64,000 nucleotides of DNA from Octopus vulgaris. Taxonomy: Eukaryota. Each line of letters opens with the position of its first letter. Positions within the stretch are counted from its first letter, which is position 1. Below are positions 1 to 14,789 of this stretch, one piece after another. The stretch covers positions 62,001 through 126,000 of the forward strand of contig OX597835.1 of NCBI GenBank assembly GCA_951406725.2, written 5' to 3'. The position numbers were made by a program, and so were the translations under genes. The notes beneath the pieces were generated by a model that had not been told where the DNA came from, did no database searches, and was given only the letters and a program-made list of their open reading frames with translations.

Positions 1-380
1 ACATTAGCTTCAAGGTTCATCCAAGACTTGGACCACGGGCTATACGTCCCCTGCCCAATTCAAGATCACAACATACATGTACACTGCAACATAATTTCTT
101 TTCCTCAACAGGCCCTGCCCTATTTAACATTGTCCCGAAAGAGATCAAAGAGGAACAGGATCCCATCAACTTTAAACGGAGTCTGGATAGATTCCTTCAA
201 GGAATACCAGATAAGCCACCCATAATTGGATACAACTCACCCAACAAAAACTCACTACTTGAATGGACCATAAACAAAACTTGACTTAAACAGGATTCAA
301 ATAATACTATCAGGTGGTGCTATTAAGTTAGACATGGCCTGGACCAATCTTTGGTCGAAACATATCAAGGTTTATCTAAG
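1..380 (+). mobile_element. CR1-clade LINE 3' end (ORF2 C-terminus and 3'UTR)
   Basis: Frame 3 reads ...GPALFNIVPKEIKEEQDPINFKRSLDRFLQGIPDKP...NSLLEW..TGA(282-284), similar to the C-terminus of the CR1 ORF at 6506-8250. Confidence 0.75.
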
Positions 381-383
381 TTT

Positions 384-612
384 ATATACAAATATACAAA
401 CATATATATACAAATCTATATACAAACATATATACAAATATATATATACAGACATATATATACAAATATATATATACAAACACATATATATATACAAACA
501 TATATACAAACACATATATACAAACAAACATATATACACAAATATATATACAAACATATATACACAAATATATATACAAACATATACATACAAATATATA
601 TACAAACATATG
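384..612. repeat. (TA)-derived minisatellite (TATATACAAACA-type unit)
   Basis: Direct inspection; source of spurious YIQT ORFs. Confidence 0.9.
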
Positions 613-1222
613 ACCCTCTCCGTAACCTTCATTACCTGATCCAACAGCTTGATACCTCTGTAATTATTTGTATCTAAAGCGTCACCTTTACCTTTGTAGC
701 AGCTGACTATTATGCTGCTACACCAGTCATTGGGTATGACTCCTTCGTGTATCAACTGGTTAACTATACGGGTGACTAGGCTATAACCAACACTGCCAGA
801 TATTTTGAGCCTCTCTGCAGTAATTCCTGATGGACGTGGGGCTTTCCCTGTCTTCATACTTCTAATTATCTTATCTACCAAAGAACTGTCAACTCGGATA
901 GCTGGTCCCTCATTTGGGTCGACATTCGGCAGACTCTCTTTCTCCCATTCATTGTCTTTATTCAGCAACCTTTCATAGTGGCGTCTCCAAACCTCTCTCT
1001 TTGCAGCCACATTTAGCGCAAGTGAACCATTATCCATGCGAACACATTTCTCTCCTACCACATCACGATTCTCTCTCACACACTGTCTTGCAACACGAAA
1101 TATCTCAAGTCTTTTGTCCTCACGGCGCAGAACATTGGCAAATTTTTTCTTATCTGCTTCTCCTATGGCTAAATAAACCTGCCTCCTAGCTTCCCTTCTG
1201 GCAGTCTGACACACTTCACCCA
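613..1222 (-). mobile_element. RTE-clade LINE ORF2 fragment
   Basis: ...MKTGKAPRPSGITAERLK...IPNDWCSSIIVSCYKGKGDALDTNNYRGIKLLDQVMKVTERVI (start of RT domain); same family as 51620-52060. Confidence 0.85.
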
Positions 1223-1993
1223 TATAGTTAATCAGGATATATAGAAAGGTATTATACCCAATGACTGGCATAGCAGCATTGTAGTCAACTGTTATAGGAA
1301 GACAGACGTTAAATGATGTTGATATATTTTTTAGTATACATAACTGACTTCTACACGTCCTTCATGGATGATTCTATGATCCACAAAAACAGATGAATTA
1401 TATCCAAAATGCTAATGTTGCTGCTACCAAAAGGTATTGAGGACTTGATGCTTTTTGTTTCAGAAGAGTTGCCCTTCCAACTATAATCATCCTTATTTCT
1501 TTTAAATCTCTGAATTATCACCATTATCCCATTGCATGACATTTTGAGTCTATTGGGTACCTGGAAAATGAATAAAACCAGTCGTGTGTATCTCTTATTA
1601 TAAAAGGCAGATTTTATCTGCCTCCCTTTGGGAGTTATACAAATCTACAATATAGGATTTCTTCAATTACAATTTACCTAGCATTTTTAAGAGTACAATG
1701 CATCGCGTCATGCCAGGTCCAGTTTTTAAAATTTAAACTCCAATTAAGCAAAATTTACAGAAAACTCACATTCTGGTGTGTGTGTCAAATGCTTTTCTTA
1801 GTCTGGTTTACACACACCAAACGCACACACACAGTGGGCAACGAATAAAATGAAAGTAATTCACTTACTGTAGTGAGTGATTCTTTCACTCTGCCTCCCA
1901 CTTCCTCTTTCCACACATAGACACGCAAATATATAAATAAAATTGTAACTAACGTGGTGTGTGTGGTGCGCGCGCGTGTGTGTGTGTGTGAGG

Positions 1994-2035
<42 letters not shown>

Positions 2036-2083
2036 CAGGAAAGTTTTTAGACGAATATAAGACCTATATCCAAGTAGCAGAAA

Positions 2084-2355
2084 GATAAGACAGTAAGGTG
2101 TGATTTGAGGGAGATTTAAAAGGCTGCTATTTCTACCATGTCTAGCTGCCATGTAGGGGTCTCCCTCATAGGCTCATACATACATATATACATAGATAAG
2201 ACAGTAAGGTGTGATTTGGGGGAAATTTGGCTGCTATTTCTACCAGGTCTAGCTACCATGTAGGGGTCCCCCTCATTGGCTCATATATATATATACAGAC
2301 ACAAGACAGTAAGGTGTGATTTGAGGGAGATTTGGCTGCTGTTTCTACCAGGTCT
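2084..2355. repeat. Three tandem copies of a ~110-bp dispersed-repeat fragment
   Basis: AAGACAGTAAGGTGTGATTTG...GGCTGCTATTTCTACCA at ~2087, ~2198 and ~2302. Confidence 0.8.
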
Positions 2356-2712
2356 GTTAGGCCTTCTCATGTAAACACAAGCTTTCTCATGCCTTGAACA
2401 TAAGACCAAAGCAGAGAATGTATTCTTTTATTCTTCTGCTTTTTCCAACCATTGGTCTGTGGACATGCTGGGGCAATGCCTTGAAGAATTGTAGTTTAAT
2501 GAATCAACTCGTTTTATTTTTGTAAGCATTGTACTTATTCTGTTTCCTTTGTCAAACCACTAGGTGACAGGGATGTAAACAAACCAACATTCGTTGTCAA
2601 GCAGTGGTGGAGGACAATCACAAGCACAGACACGCATACACACACACATACATGCATACACATATACACACATACATACATACATATATATATATATATG
2701 TGTATATATATA

Positions 2713-3035
2713 TTGCAGCGTGGAAGGTGTTTGTAAGCCATTTAAGAAACACACAAAAACCGTTACATTCACTTCAACATTTAAATTTAATTTGCCAAAA
2801 TATTTTCGTCGCTTTGAGACCGCCACCTGTTCACTGACAAAAATATCGTGCTAACAGGTCGCGGTCTCAAAGCGACGAAAATATTTTGACAAATTAAATT
2901 TAAATGTTGAAGTGAATCTAACGGTTTTTGTGTGTTTCTTAAATGGCTTATAAACACCTTCAACGCTGCAACTGTTTTCGTTCCAGCACACGATCTCAGA
3001 TTAAGTCACTTGCTATGCAAGTACATCTCTGTAAC
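2713..3035. mobile_element. Fold-back element (~115-bp inverted arms plus unique tail), probably derived from a Penelope pLTR; second copy at 40163-40418
   Basis: 2714-2829 is the reverse complement of 2853-2970; the shared tail ...CAGCACACGATCTCAGAT...GCAAGTACAT is present in both copies. Confidence 0.65.
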
Positions 3036-3133
3036 TATATATATATTTATATATATATATATATGTATATTGGTAAAAACAGTAAGATAACAAAAGAAAG
3101 AAAGAGACCTCAATATTATGTAAATAGAGGAAA

Positions 3134-3528
3134 TCTTTATAGATAAAAGTGAGGTTGTGTGTCTGTCTCCTACGATTTAGATTCCTAACTACTCCCACAT
3201 TTTGCGGTGCAGTTTAACCAAAACCGGGTATCTTATAGTCGTGATTCATATCGAGACCGTCTGGGTATTAGCGCGCGTCTACGATGAGTCTACGATTTAA
3301 AAAAAAATTTACCATCAATTTTTCCCATTTTTAATCCATTTTTGACATATATAAGGGAAGTAACTCTCTAAAATTTATTATTAAATCTCAGAACGTAAAA
3401 AGCTACAGTAACACCCCTCCCCCTTTGTGGTTAGCCATATTGAGATGGCTATTATACTTTACATCTCTAAAAATGCTTATATAATTATTTCCCTTACAAA
3501 CCCGAGCAACGCCGGGCGATACTGCTAG
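3134..3528 (+). mobile_element. Non-autonomous Helitron
   Basis: A|TC start, subterminal GC hairpin CCCGAGCAACGCCGGG, CTAG|T end; nearly identical 3' end at 56577-56603. Confidence 0.8.
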
Positions 3529-3544
3529 TGTGTATATATATATG

Positions 3545-3681
3545 AGTGGCTGTGTGGTAAGTAGCTTGCTTACGAACCACATGGTTCCGGGTTCTATCCC
3601 AATGCATGGCACCTTGGGCAAGTGTCTTCTACTATAGCCTTGTGAGTGGATTTGGTAGACGGAAACTGAAGGAAGCCCGCC

Positions 3682-3740
<59 letters not shown>

Positions 3741-3890
3741 AGAGTTTGTGTATGTATATATTCGTCCCCACCAACATCGCTTGGCAACCGATGCTGTGTT
3801 TACTGCAAAAGAGACCGATAGAATAAGTACTAGGCTTACAAAGAATACGTCCTGGGGTCGATTTGCTCGACCAAAGTCGGTGCTCCATCA
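3545..3890 (+). mobile_element. tRNA-derived SINE family A. Other copies approx.: 13725-14070(-), 14430-14750, 16818-16975(-), 25055-25345, 27330-27720, 35735-36030, 40000-40625(-), 42800-43167, 44095-45430(-), 45450-45860, 47260-47480(-), 54276-54597, 55760-55910(-), 58485-58660(-), 63110-63410(-)
   Basis: Head GAGTGGCTGTGTGGTAAG...GGTTCAGTCCCAC (pol III A/B-box-like), ACCTTGGGCAAGT core, internal (TA/TG)n, and in complete copies the tail GGCGGTGCTCCAGCATGGCCACAGTCAAATGACTGAAAC. Confidence 0.9.
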
Positions 3891-4185
3891 AAAAAGAGAG
3901 AAAAACACGTTTTCACTCTCTAAATATCGACTTCTTTCATAAACAACCAAGTTGATTTGTTATTGGGCTCCTAGACTGAACAATTGCATGATCTTGTATG
4001 GATCTGAGAGTAATTTGACTGCTATTTCTAGCCACCCCAAGTTAGCCTTGTTAATCATGTGAACGTCTAAACAACTGAAAGTTATTTTAACAGTTGACAA
4101 ACCAAATTCTAGTCAAGAACTCGTTTAAAAATTGCTGAGCCTTAACAGAAACCATTAACATTTGAAGTAATAGACTTATTTTTAA

Positions 4186-4222
<37 letters not shown>

Positions 4223-4369
4223 TGTGTGTCTGTTTGTCCCCAAACATTGCTACACAACGGATGTTAGTCTGTTTACGTCCCCATAACTTAGAGGTTCAGC
4301 GAAAGAGATTGATAGAATAAGTACTAGGCCTACAAAGAATAAGTCCTGGGGTCGATATGCTCGACTGAA

Positions 4370-4443
<74 letters not shown>

Positions 4444-5151
4444 CTGGAGCGCCGCCTTTAGTCGATCACATCGTCCGCAGCACTTCTTTGTAAGCCTAGT
4501 ATTTATTCTAACTTGTTCTCTTTTGCCGAACCGCTAAAATACAGGGAGTAAAACACACCTCTATCGGTTAAAAGCATCAACAACTACAGTCAATCGAAGA
4601 TAATGACCAAACTGTCTACCAATTCAGACACTCAAACACGCGGACAAACACAGAAATGAAAACAGTTACATACCTGCACATGCACAAACACACAGACATA
4701 CACATATAGAAATGAAAAATACACAGTTACACATTCAAACTCTCACACTCACACACGCACAAACACACACACACACACGCACCCACACACAGAAATGAAA
4801 ACACAGTTACACAATCACACATAAAACCCTAACCCTAACTAGCACAAACATACAATTTATTCAGAATGTAAAGGGGCATTGGGTGCTTTGCACTCGCAGT
4901 TAGAATATCAGCTCCCTCCACGCCAGTATGAGAATTTCTTTCATCCACTTGTGAAATTAATACATTGTCGACATATGGGAAAAATATGAGCAACATCTGA
5001 AGTCACTAAAGGTGCAATAAATTGAACTTATTTTGATTTAGTAGTTAGTGATCTCAAATGTGGGTATCTTAGCAATGGTCAGTGTCGCACACACACAAGC
5101 AAATAGAAACACTCAGTCGCTCACACACTCGCGCACACAGAAATAAAAACA

Positions 5152-5183
<32 letters not shown>

Positions 5184-5619
5184 AACACTGAAATGAAAAT
5201 ACCCACACTCACATAAATAAAAACAGTCCCACACTCACAAGGAGCCCCAATAGGTATATAAAAAAAGTTTCTAGTATCTTTCCTAGCCCATAATTTATGA
5301 TAATTGTAGTTCTAACAATAAATAAATACCTACTAATTCAGTACATCGAACATTACGTCCCCGTAAATTATCGGTTCTGCAAAAGAGAACAATACGTTAA
5401 GTACTGGGAATACAAAAATAAGTCCTGGGGTCTATTTGCTCGACTAAATGCGGTACACCACAATTTAATAACAATAATATAATTATATGCAAGGTAAGTA
5501 AATCTATATGATATTTTGTAGTTATCTCACTAACTTACGGTGACGTAAACACATCAGAATCGGTTGTCAAGCAATTTTGAGGACAAAAACGCAGACAGAA
5601 ACATAGACACATACATACA

Positions 5620-6408
<789 letters not shown>

Positions 6409-6437
<29 letters not shown>

Positions 6438-8247
6438 CTAGTTTCAGCTTATGACCTGTGGCCATGCTGGGGCACCGCCATTTTGTGTTGCTACTTGGTT
6501 TCACTTCATGGAGGCTTTGTAGCAGCTGCTATTTGGTGCATGAGAGAGTTCGATGCAGCTGCCCTCATCTGCCCCTCCTGCCGTGAAGTTGGTTCATCTG
6601 GGACACCTGACAGGAAGAGATCCAGCTTCATTTTAAAGACATCTGTATCCACCCCATGCAGGTCTCTCAGGTTCTTCGGGAGGATATTGAAGAGCTGTGG
6701 GCCTCGGAAGCCCAGGCTATCACAGTATCTTGTCCTACATCTTGATGGCAGGTTTGGAGTCCTAGGCACCACGCAGTGGCGCCCAGTTCTGGCATTTGCG
6801 TAACTCTCGATGCCAAAGTTCAGGACACTTCCCTCCAGGATCTTCCAGATGTATATTATGGCATATCTTTCCCGCCTACGCTCCAGGGAATATAATTTTA
6901 ATCTCTTGAGTCTTTCCCAGTAGCTTACATTCTGCATAGAGGCTATCTTCTTTGTGTAGCTTCGTTGGATCGCCTCAAGTTCTGTGATCAACTTGACACT
7001 GGATGGTGACCATAGCTGAGAGCAATAGTCAAAGTGGCTTAGGACAAGTGTCTTCCAGAGGACCATCATGGTTTCTTGTTCTCTTGTTCTAAAGGTTCTA
7101 AGAATCCATCCAGCCAGCCGTCTACATTTCATTGTCAGTTTAGCAACATGTACATGAAAGGTCGCGTCATCACTCATGTGAATACCCAGGTCACGCACTG
7201 ATTGTGCCTCTGGGATTGCAATCCCTCCGGGTCCAGTGTATTCATTGGGTATTGCATTCAGTTTTGCATGCTGATAGTATAAAGCTTGAAACTTTCCAGC
7301 ATTGAACTGCATGCTATTCTTTTCAGCCCACTTGTATATTTCGTCCAGCTCACATTGCAGGTGTTTAGTGTCCTCAGGGTTCTGTATTGCCTGTGAAACT
7401 TTTGTATCATCTGCATAACTTGTGATCGTGGCTCTCTGCGTGGCTGAGGGCATGTCTGAGAGGGCCATTATGAACAGTAGTGGTCCCAGAACAGTGCCCT
7501 GCGGAACACCGCTCACTATTTGTGTGTTAATGGAGGTGGCCCCATTGGCTACTACCACCTGACTTCTATCCTTCAGAAAGTCATGAAGCCATTCTCCCAG
7601 TTTTCCAACTATGTTGAGATCACGCAGTTTGTGACATATCATTCCATGATCGACTTTATCAAAGGCCTTTGCAAAGTCGAGATATATCACTTCCACATTT
7701 GAGTGGTTGAGCAGCCGTTTCAGCACCCAGTCATAGTGTTGTAGGAGCTGAGTTAAACAGCTTCTCCCTGGTCGGAAACCATGTTGGGTGTCGGGCAGCA
7801 AGTCATTCTCTTCAAGGAAGGTGATCAGCTTCCTTCTGACTATTCGTTCCATGACCTTGCTGATGTGTGAGGTCAGAGAGATAGGTCTATAGTTCTTGGC
7901 TTCCGCTCTGCTACCTCCTTTATGAATGGGGCATATTTTACCTTCCTTCAGTTTTCCTGGAAGTTTGCCAGCTGCAAGGAAGCTCTGAAAGAGGAACTGC
8001 AGTGGTCTTGCTAGGACTCTCTTACATGCTTTTAGGAGGATTGCCGGGAATCCATCGGGGCCAGTAGCTGAGTCTGTTTTCACTTCATCTATAGCCTTCG
8101 TTACATCGTCTTCCTTTATATCGATGTAATCTATCGTCGCCGCCTCTGATTTTATATCTGCAGTGGTAAAAAAGTCAGTTGGATTGGTGATTTGGAGATG
8201 CCCAAGGGGTGGAGTGAAAACACTCTTGAATTGCTCATTCAGTATTT

Positions 8248-8250
<3 letters not shown>
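6409..8250 (-). mobile_element. Young 5'-truncated CR1-clade LINE with uninterrupted ORF2 RT domain
   Basis: Open frame from ~8250 ([12 protein letters not shown]) to 6506 with NYRPISLTS, QHGF, YLDFAKAFDKV, GVPQGTVLGP, YADD; short 3'UTR and (CAAT)n tail. Confidence 0.95.
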
Positions 8251-8292
<42 letters not shown>

Positions 8293-8369
8293 TTATGTGT
8301 ATATGTATATATATATATATATATATCTTTATGTGTATATGTATATATATATATATATATCTTTATGTG

Positions 8370-8400
<31 letters not shown>

Positions 8401-8417
8401 CTTTATGTGTATATGTG

Positions 8418-8458
<41 letters not shown>

Positions 8459-8493
8459 TTATGTGTATATATATATATATATCTATATATCTT

Positions 8494-8528
<35 letters not shown>

Positions 8529-8577
8529 CTTTATGTGTATATGTATATATATATATATATATATGTATCTTTATGTG

Positions 8578-8610
<33 letters not shown>

Positions 8611-8687
8611 CATTATGTGTATATGTATATATATATATATATATCTTTATGTGTATATGTATATATATATATATATATCTTTATGTG

Positions 8688-8720
<33 letters not shown>

Positions 8721-8723
8721 CTT

Positions 8724-8768
<45 letters not shown>

Positions 8769-8809
8769 TTATGTGTATATGTATATATATATATATATAT
8801 ATTTATGTG

Positions 8810-8840
<31 letters not shown>

Positions 8841-8843
8841 CTT

Positions 8844-8906
<63 letters not shown>

Positions 8907-8913
8907 TTATGTG

Positions 8914-8956
<43 letters not shown>

Positions 8957-9908
8957 GTATATATAAATGCTGGACCACCGCCATTATTCGAGCACATCGT
9001 GCGCAGCACTTATTCTTTCTAAGCCAAGTATTTATTTCTAAGCCAACCACTAAAATACAGGGAGGAAAACATACCAGCATCGGTTGAAAAATCTACTGTA
9101 GCCCAGGGCCGACCAAAGCCTTGTGATTGGATTTGTTAGACGGATTTGTTAGAAGATTGTCGTATATATATGTAACAGTGGCTGTGGTATGTAACTTGCT
9201 TTCAAACACACCAGCATCGGTTAAAAAATCTAACCCTAACCCTAACAAATCAGTCAATCGAAGATAATGACCAAACTGTCTACTCTTATCCACCAGTTCC
9301 AACACGATTTAACAAAAAAGGAGACAAATTGCTTGACTAGATTTGACTGCAAAGCCAGTAACATCTGTGGACTTCCCAAAATCTACAAAAGTTAAGCCAT
9401 AAACAAAACCTGTAACAAGTTAACTTCTATAGTCATAAATATTCCACACCCGAGAGATCTCCGAATGAGGCCAATTATGGCCGATCCAGGTATGTAGATA
9501 CGGGGGGCATTGGGTGCTTAACACTTGCAAATCTGACGTCGCTAAAGGTGCAATAAATTGAACTTCTTTTCATTTAGCAGTTAGTGATCTGCAAATGTGG
9601 GTATCTTAGAGATGCTTAAAGTGTTTCTTGTAGCTGTAATTGTCGCACACACACAAACGAATAAAAACACAGTCGCTCACACACACGTACACACACAAAT
9701 AAAAACATTGGTATCTCTGATTTTTACAGAAGCGAGTACTCTTAACATTTCTACAAGAGTTTACTGGCTGTCGGAGGTCCTGTTTATATTGACTGTTGTT
9801 TTCACCAAGTCATTTATTTATTAAAAAATATATATATATATATAAACTATGAGCTATGGTTAGATGTGTGTATTTCCATTTCTGTGTGTGCGACTACGTG
9901 CTTTTATA

Positions 9909-9995
<87 letters not shown>

Positions 9996-11119
9996 GTCTA
10001 CATCCCCGTAACTTAGAGGTTCAGCGAAAGAGACTGTTAGAATAAGTACTAGACCTACAAAGAATAAGTCCTGGGGTCGATATGCTCGACTGAAGGTATT
10101 GTTCCAGCATGGCCACAGTTAAATGACTGAAACAAGTAAATGAGAGTAAAAGAGTAAATAGCGACAAAAGTCTATAACCTGTTCACTAGGGAGATAGCTG
10201 AAAATATCTCCTAATCGTCATATAATACCTTTCATGTTGTAATTTCTGTAATAGGTGTGTTCGTTTTACGACTACGAAAGATGACACGACCATGCGCACA
10301 CCAACAGAGACACAAACACATCCAAGTAATCTGCTGGTACCTTTAACAAATAAACATTGACTAGCTGATCATTTACATTTCACTACACCCCACAAATATA
10401 TAAAGTAATAATGTTATCTAGTACTACCCTTCGGACATAATCAAGTTTATTTTTTGCTTTAGATAGTATATATGCGTGTGTGGGTATATACATGTATTCT
10501 TTGTAAGCCTAGTATTTATTCTAACTTATTCTCTTTTGCCGAACCGCTAAAATACAGGGAGTAAGACACACCAGCATCGGTTAAAAACATCAACAACTAC
10601 TGTCATACGAGGATAATGACCAAACTGTCTACTCTTATCCACCAGTTCCAACACGATTTAACAAAAAAGGAGACAAATTGCTTGACTAGATTTCACTGCA
10701 AAGCCAGTAACATCTGTGGACTTCCCAAAATCTACAAAAGTTAAGCCATAAACAAAACCTGTAACAAGTTAACTTCTATAGTCATAAATATTCCACACCC
10801 GAGAGATCTCCGAATGAGGCCAATTATGGCCGATCCAGGTATGTAGCTACAGGGAGCATTGGGTGCTTAACAATCGCAAATCTGAAGTCGCAATAAATTG
10901 AACTTCTTTTCATTTAGCAGCTAGTGATTTGCAAATGTGGGTATCTTGGAGATGCTTAAAGTGTTTGTTGTAGCTGTAATTGTCGCACACACACAAACGA
11001 ATAAAAACACAGTCGCTCACACACACGTACACACAGAGATAAAAACAAACAGAAACACTGAAATGAAAATACCGACACGCACAAATAAAAACAGTTCCAC
11101 GTACACAAACACTGATACA

Positions 11120-11363
11120 TGTAGGGAAGTAACTCTGGAAGATTTTGTAATTATCTCCCTTTCGAGAGTTCCTTCCCTTGCCTTGTATATTTAACAATTA
11201 TTAGTATATGTGAGGGAAGTAACACTGGAAGATATTGGAGTTATCTTCCTTCGTAGAGTTACTTACCTTGCATATTATAATTTAATAGCTAATAATGTGC
11301 GAGGGGAGTAACTCTAGAAAGGAAGATAACTACAAAAATCTTCCAGAGTTACTTCCCTTACAT
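11120..11363. mobile_element. MITE-like nested inverted repeat (related partial copy at 13270-13480)
   Basis: GTAGGGAAGTAACTCTGGAAGATTTTGTA ... TACAAAAATCTTCCAGAGTTACTTCCCTTAC terminal inverted repeats with internal copies of the same unit. Confidence 0.6.
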
Positions 11364-11595
11364 TTACTTTAAATCTTTTCCTGGTTTAGTTATTTGACTG
11401 TGCCCATGCTGGAGCACAGCCTTTTCTAGAGCAAATCGACAATGGGACTTTTATCAACTTCAGTCTAGTATTTATTCTGTTGGTCTTCTTTTCCCGAAGG
11501 GATAAGTTAATGGAGTGTAAACATCACCGGCATCGGTTTTGGGGACATCGAAAAATAAACACATATACATATAAATATCTATATGTATATACATG

Positions 11596-11709
<114 letters not shown>

Positions 11710-13618
11710 AATCTATCTTCTTCGAGCACATCGTCAGCAGCACTTATTCTTTTCTGCCGAGCCGCTGAAATACAGGGAGTAAAACACACCTGTATCGGTA
11801 AAAACATCAACAGTTACAGTCGTTCGAAGGTAATTGCCAAACTGTCTACTCTTATCCACCAGTTCCAACACGATTTAACCAAAAATGAGACAAATTGTTG
11901 ACTAGATTTCACTGCAAAGCCAGTAACATCTATGAACTTCCCAAAATCTAAATAAGTTAAGCCATAAACAAAACCTGTAACGAGTTAACTTCTATAGTTA
12001 TAAATATTCCACACCCGAGAGGTCTCCGAATGAGGCCAATTATGGCCGATCCAGGTATGTAGATACGGGGTGCTTAACACTCGCAAATCTGAAGTCGCTA
12101 AAGGTGCAATGAATTGAACTTCTTTTCATTTAGAACTTAGGGATCTGCAAATGTGGGTATCTTAGAGATGCTTAAAGTGTTTGTTGTAGCTGTAATTGTC
12201 GCACACACACAAACGAATAAAAACACAGTCGCTCACGTACACACAGAAATAAAAACATTCACACAAACACAAACACTGAAATGAAAATACCAACACACAC
12301 AAACATATAAAAACAGTCCCACGCACACAAACACTGAAAAAAAAATTCTCACAAAAACACTCACAAACGCACAAATGAAAATACACAGCTACATATTCAA
12401 ACACTCAAACACGCGGACAAACACAGAAATGAAGACAGTTACATACCTACACATGCACAAACACAGACACACACAAATAGAAATGAAAAATACAGTTACA
12501 CATCCAAACTCTCACACACTCACATACGCACAAACACACACTCATACACACAAACATACGCACCCACACACAGAAATGAAAACGCAGTTACACACTCACA
12601 CATAAAACCCTAACCCTAAATAGCACAAACATACAATTTATTCAGAATGTAAAGGGGCATTGGGTGCTTTGCACTCGCAGTTAGAATATCAGCCCCCTCC
12701 ACGCCAGTATGAGAATTTCTTTTATCCACTTGTGAAATTAATACACTATCGACACATGGGAAAAATATGAGCAACATCTCAAGTCACTAAAGGTGCAATA
12801 AATTGAACTTGTTTTGATTTAGTACTTAGTGATCTCAAATGTGGGTATCTTAGAAATGGTCAAAGTGCTTGTTGCATTTGTGTCGCACACACACAAACAA
12901 ATAGAAACACTCAGTCGCTCACACAGAAATAAAAACACTCTCTCACACACACACAAACACTGAAATGAAAATGCCGGCACTCACATAAATAAAAACAGTC
13001 CCACACATGCAAGGAGCCCCAATAGGTATATCAAAAAAGTTTCTAGTATCTTTCTTAGCCCATAATTTATGATAATTGAAGTTCTTACAATAAATAAATA
13101 CCTACTAATTCAGTACATCGAACATTACGTCCCCGTAACTTATCGGATCTGCAAAAGAGACCTATACGTTAAGTAATAGGCATACAAAGAATAATTCCTG
13201 TGGTTGATTTGCTTGACTAAAGGCGGTGCTCCACCATGGTCACAGTGAAATAACTGAAAGTGTATGTTACGAGAACTACATACTTAAGGGAGATAACTAC
13301 AAAGTATCTTCTACAGTTACTTCCCTTGAATATTATATTTTAACAATAATAAAATAATATGCAAGAGAAATTAACTCTCGGAAGGGAGACAACTAGATAA
13401 CATCTTCCAGAGTTACTTTCCTTACATATAATTATATTACTTTGATTAAATTATAATGTACAGAGGGAAATAACTCTCGAAAATATTATTCAGACATGAC
13501 ACACTTTTACGATTTTTTGGAGTTTAACTGCTCTCTCTAGTGAGTCTGATATCCCATTATGGCCATCCCTTATATGTTTAAATATCTATATGTATATACA
13601 TATATCTGTCAATATATA

Positions 13619-13713
<95 letters not shown>

Positions 13714-14789
13714 CTATCTATATACGACGGGCTACTTTCTGTTTCCGTGTACCAAATCTACTCAGAAATGTTGGTCTGTCCGAGGCTATATTGGAAGACA
13801 CTTGCCCATGGGGCCACGTAGTTGGACTGAACCAGAATCACCGTGTTTGGAAAGGCAGCTACATACCACAGCCACTCTTACTGCTACATACATATGTATA
13901 TATATATATACGACAGTCTTCTTTTAGTTTCCGTCTCCCAAATTCACTCACAAGGCTTGGGTCGGCCCGAGACTATAGTAGAAGACATTTGCCCAACATG
14001 CCACCCAGTGAGACTGAACTCGGAAACATTTGTTAGGTAAGCAATCTAATTCCCATTCAGACACTACTGTTTGTTAACCGGACAAGTTCAAGGTGAGCCC
14101 TAATTGTTTGTATGTAAATGAGGTCCGGAACTTTCACGGCTGGTTCCCATAAGACAATGCAACCACCTTGGGTATAGGTGGACTGTGCTCACACACGCAA
14201 AAACACCTACACGTCCGCACTCACGAATATAGATACATGCAAAGACGCAATCTCGTACCTATTTATGTTTTAAATATGTTGACCTTAAAACTGTGACATT
14301 CTGGAAACACACGTCCACACCCATGCACATAGAGACATGCATGTACGCAAACTCGTAGCTATTTATGTTTTAAACATGTTGACCTTTAAACCGTGACATT
14401 CTGTGTCTGTTTGTGCGTGCATTTCTGTGAGAATGATTGCTCACGAACCGCAATGCGATGAGTTCAAACCAACAGCATTGCACCCTGCTAAGTGTATTCA
14501 ACTATAGCCTTGGGCTGACCAAAGTATGCTGAGTGGAGTTAGTAGAGGGAAACTAAAAGAAGCCCGTTGTATATATGAATATCGGCGTAGCAATGGCTAT
14601 GTTGTAAGTAGTTCGCTTGCGAACCACATGGTTTGGTGTTCACTCCCACTGCCTGTCATCTTATGCCATTGTCTACTACTGTACCCCAAGGCCGAACTAA
14701 TCCTTGTGATTGGATTTAGTGGAAGGAAACTGAAAAAATACCATCGTATATATATTTAAATGTGTGTGTGTGTGTGTGTTTGTTCGCAC

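Noticed and set aside
1351-1560. Minus-strand acceptor (attttccag) followed by a 69-codon open frame
   Set aside because: No recognisable homology or partner exons; may be a non-coding or spurious exon.
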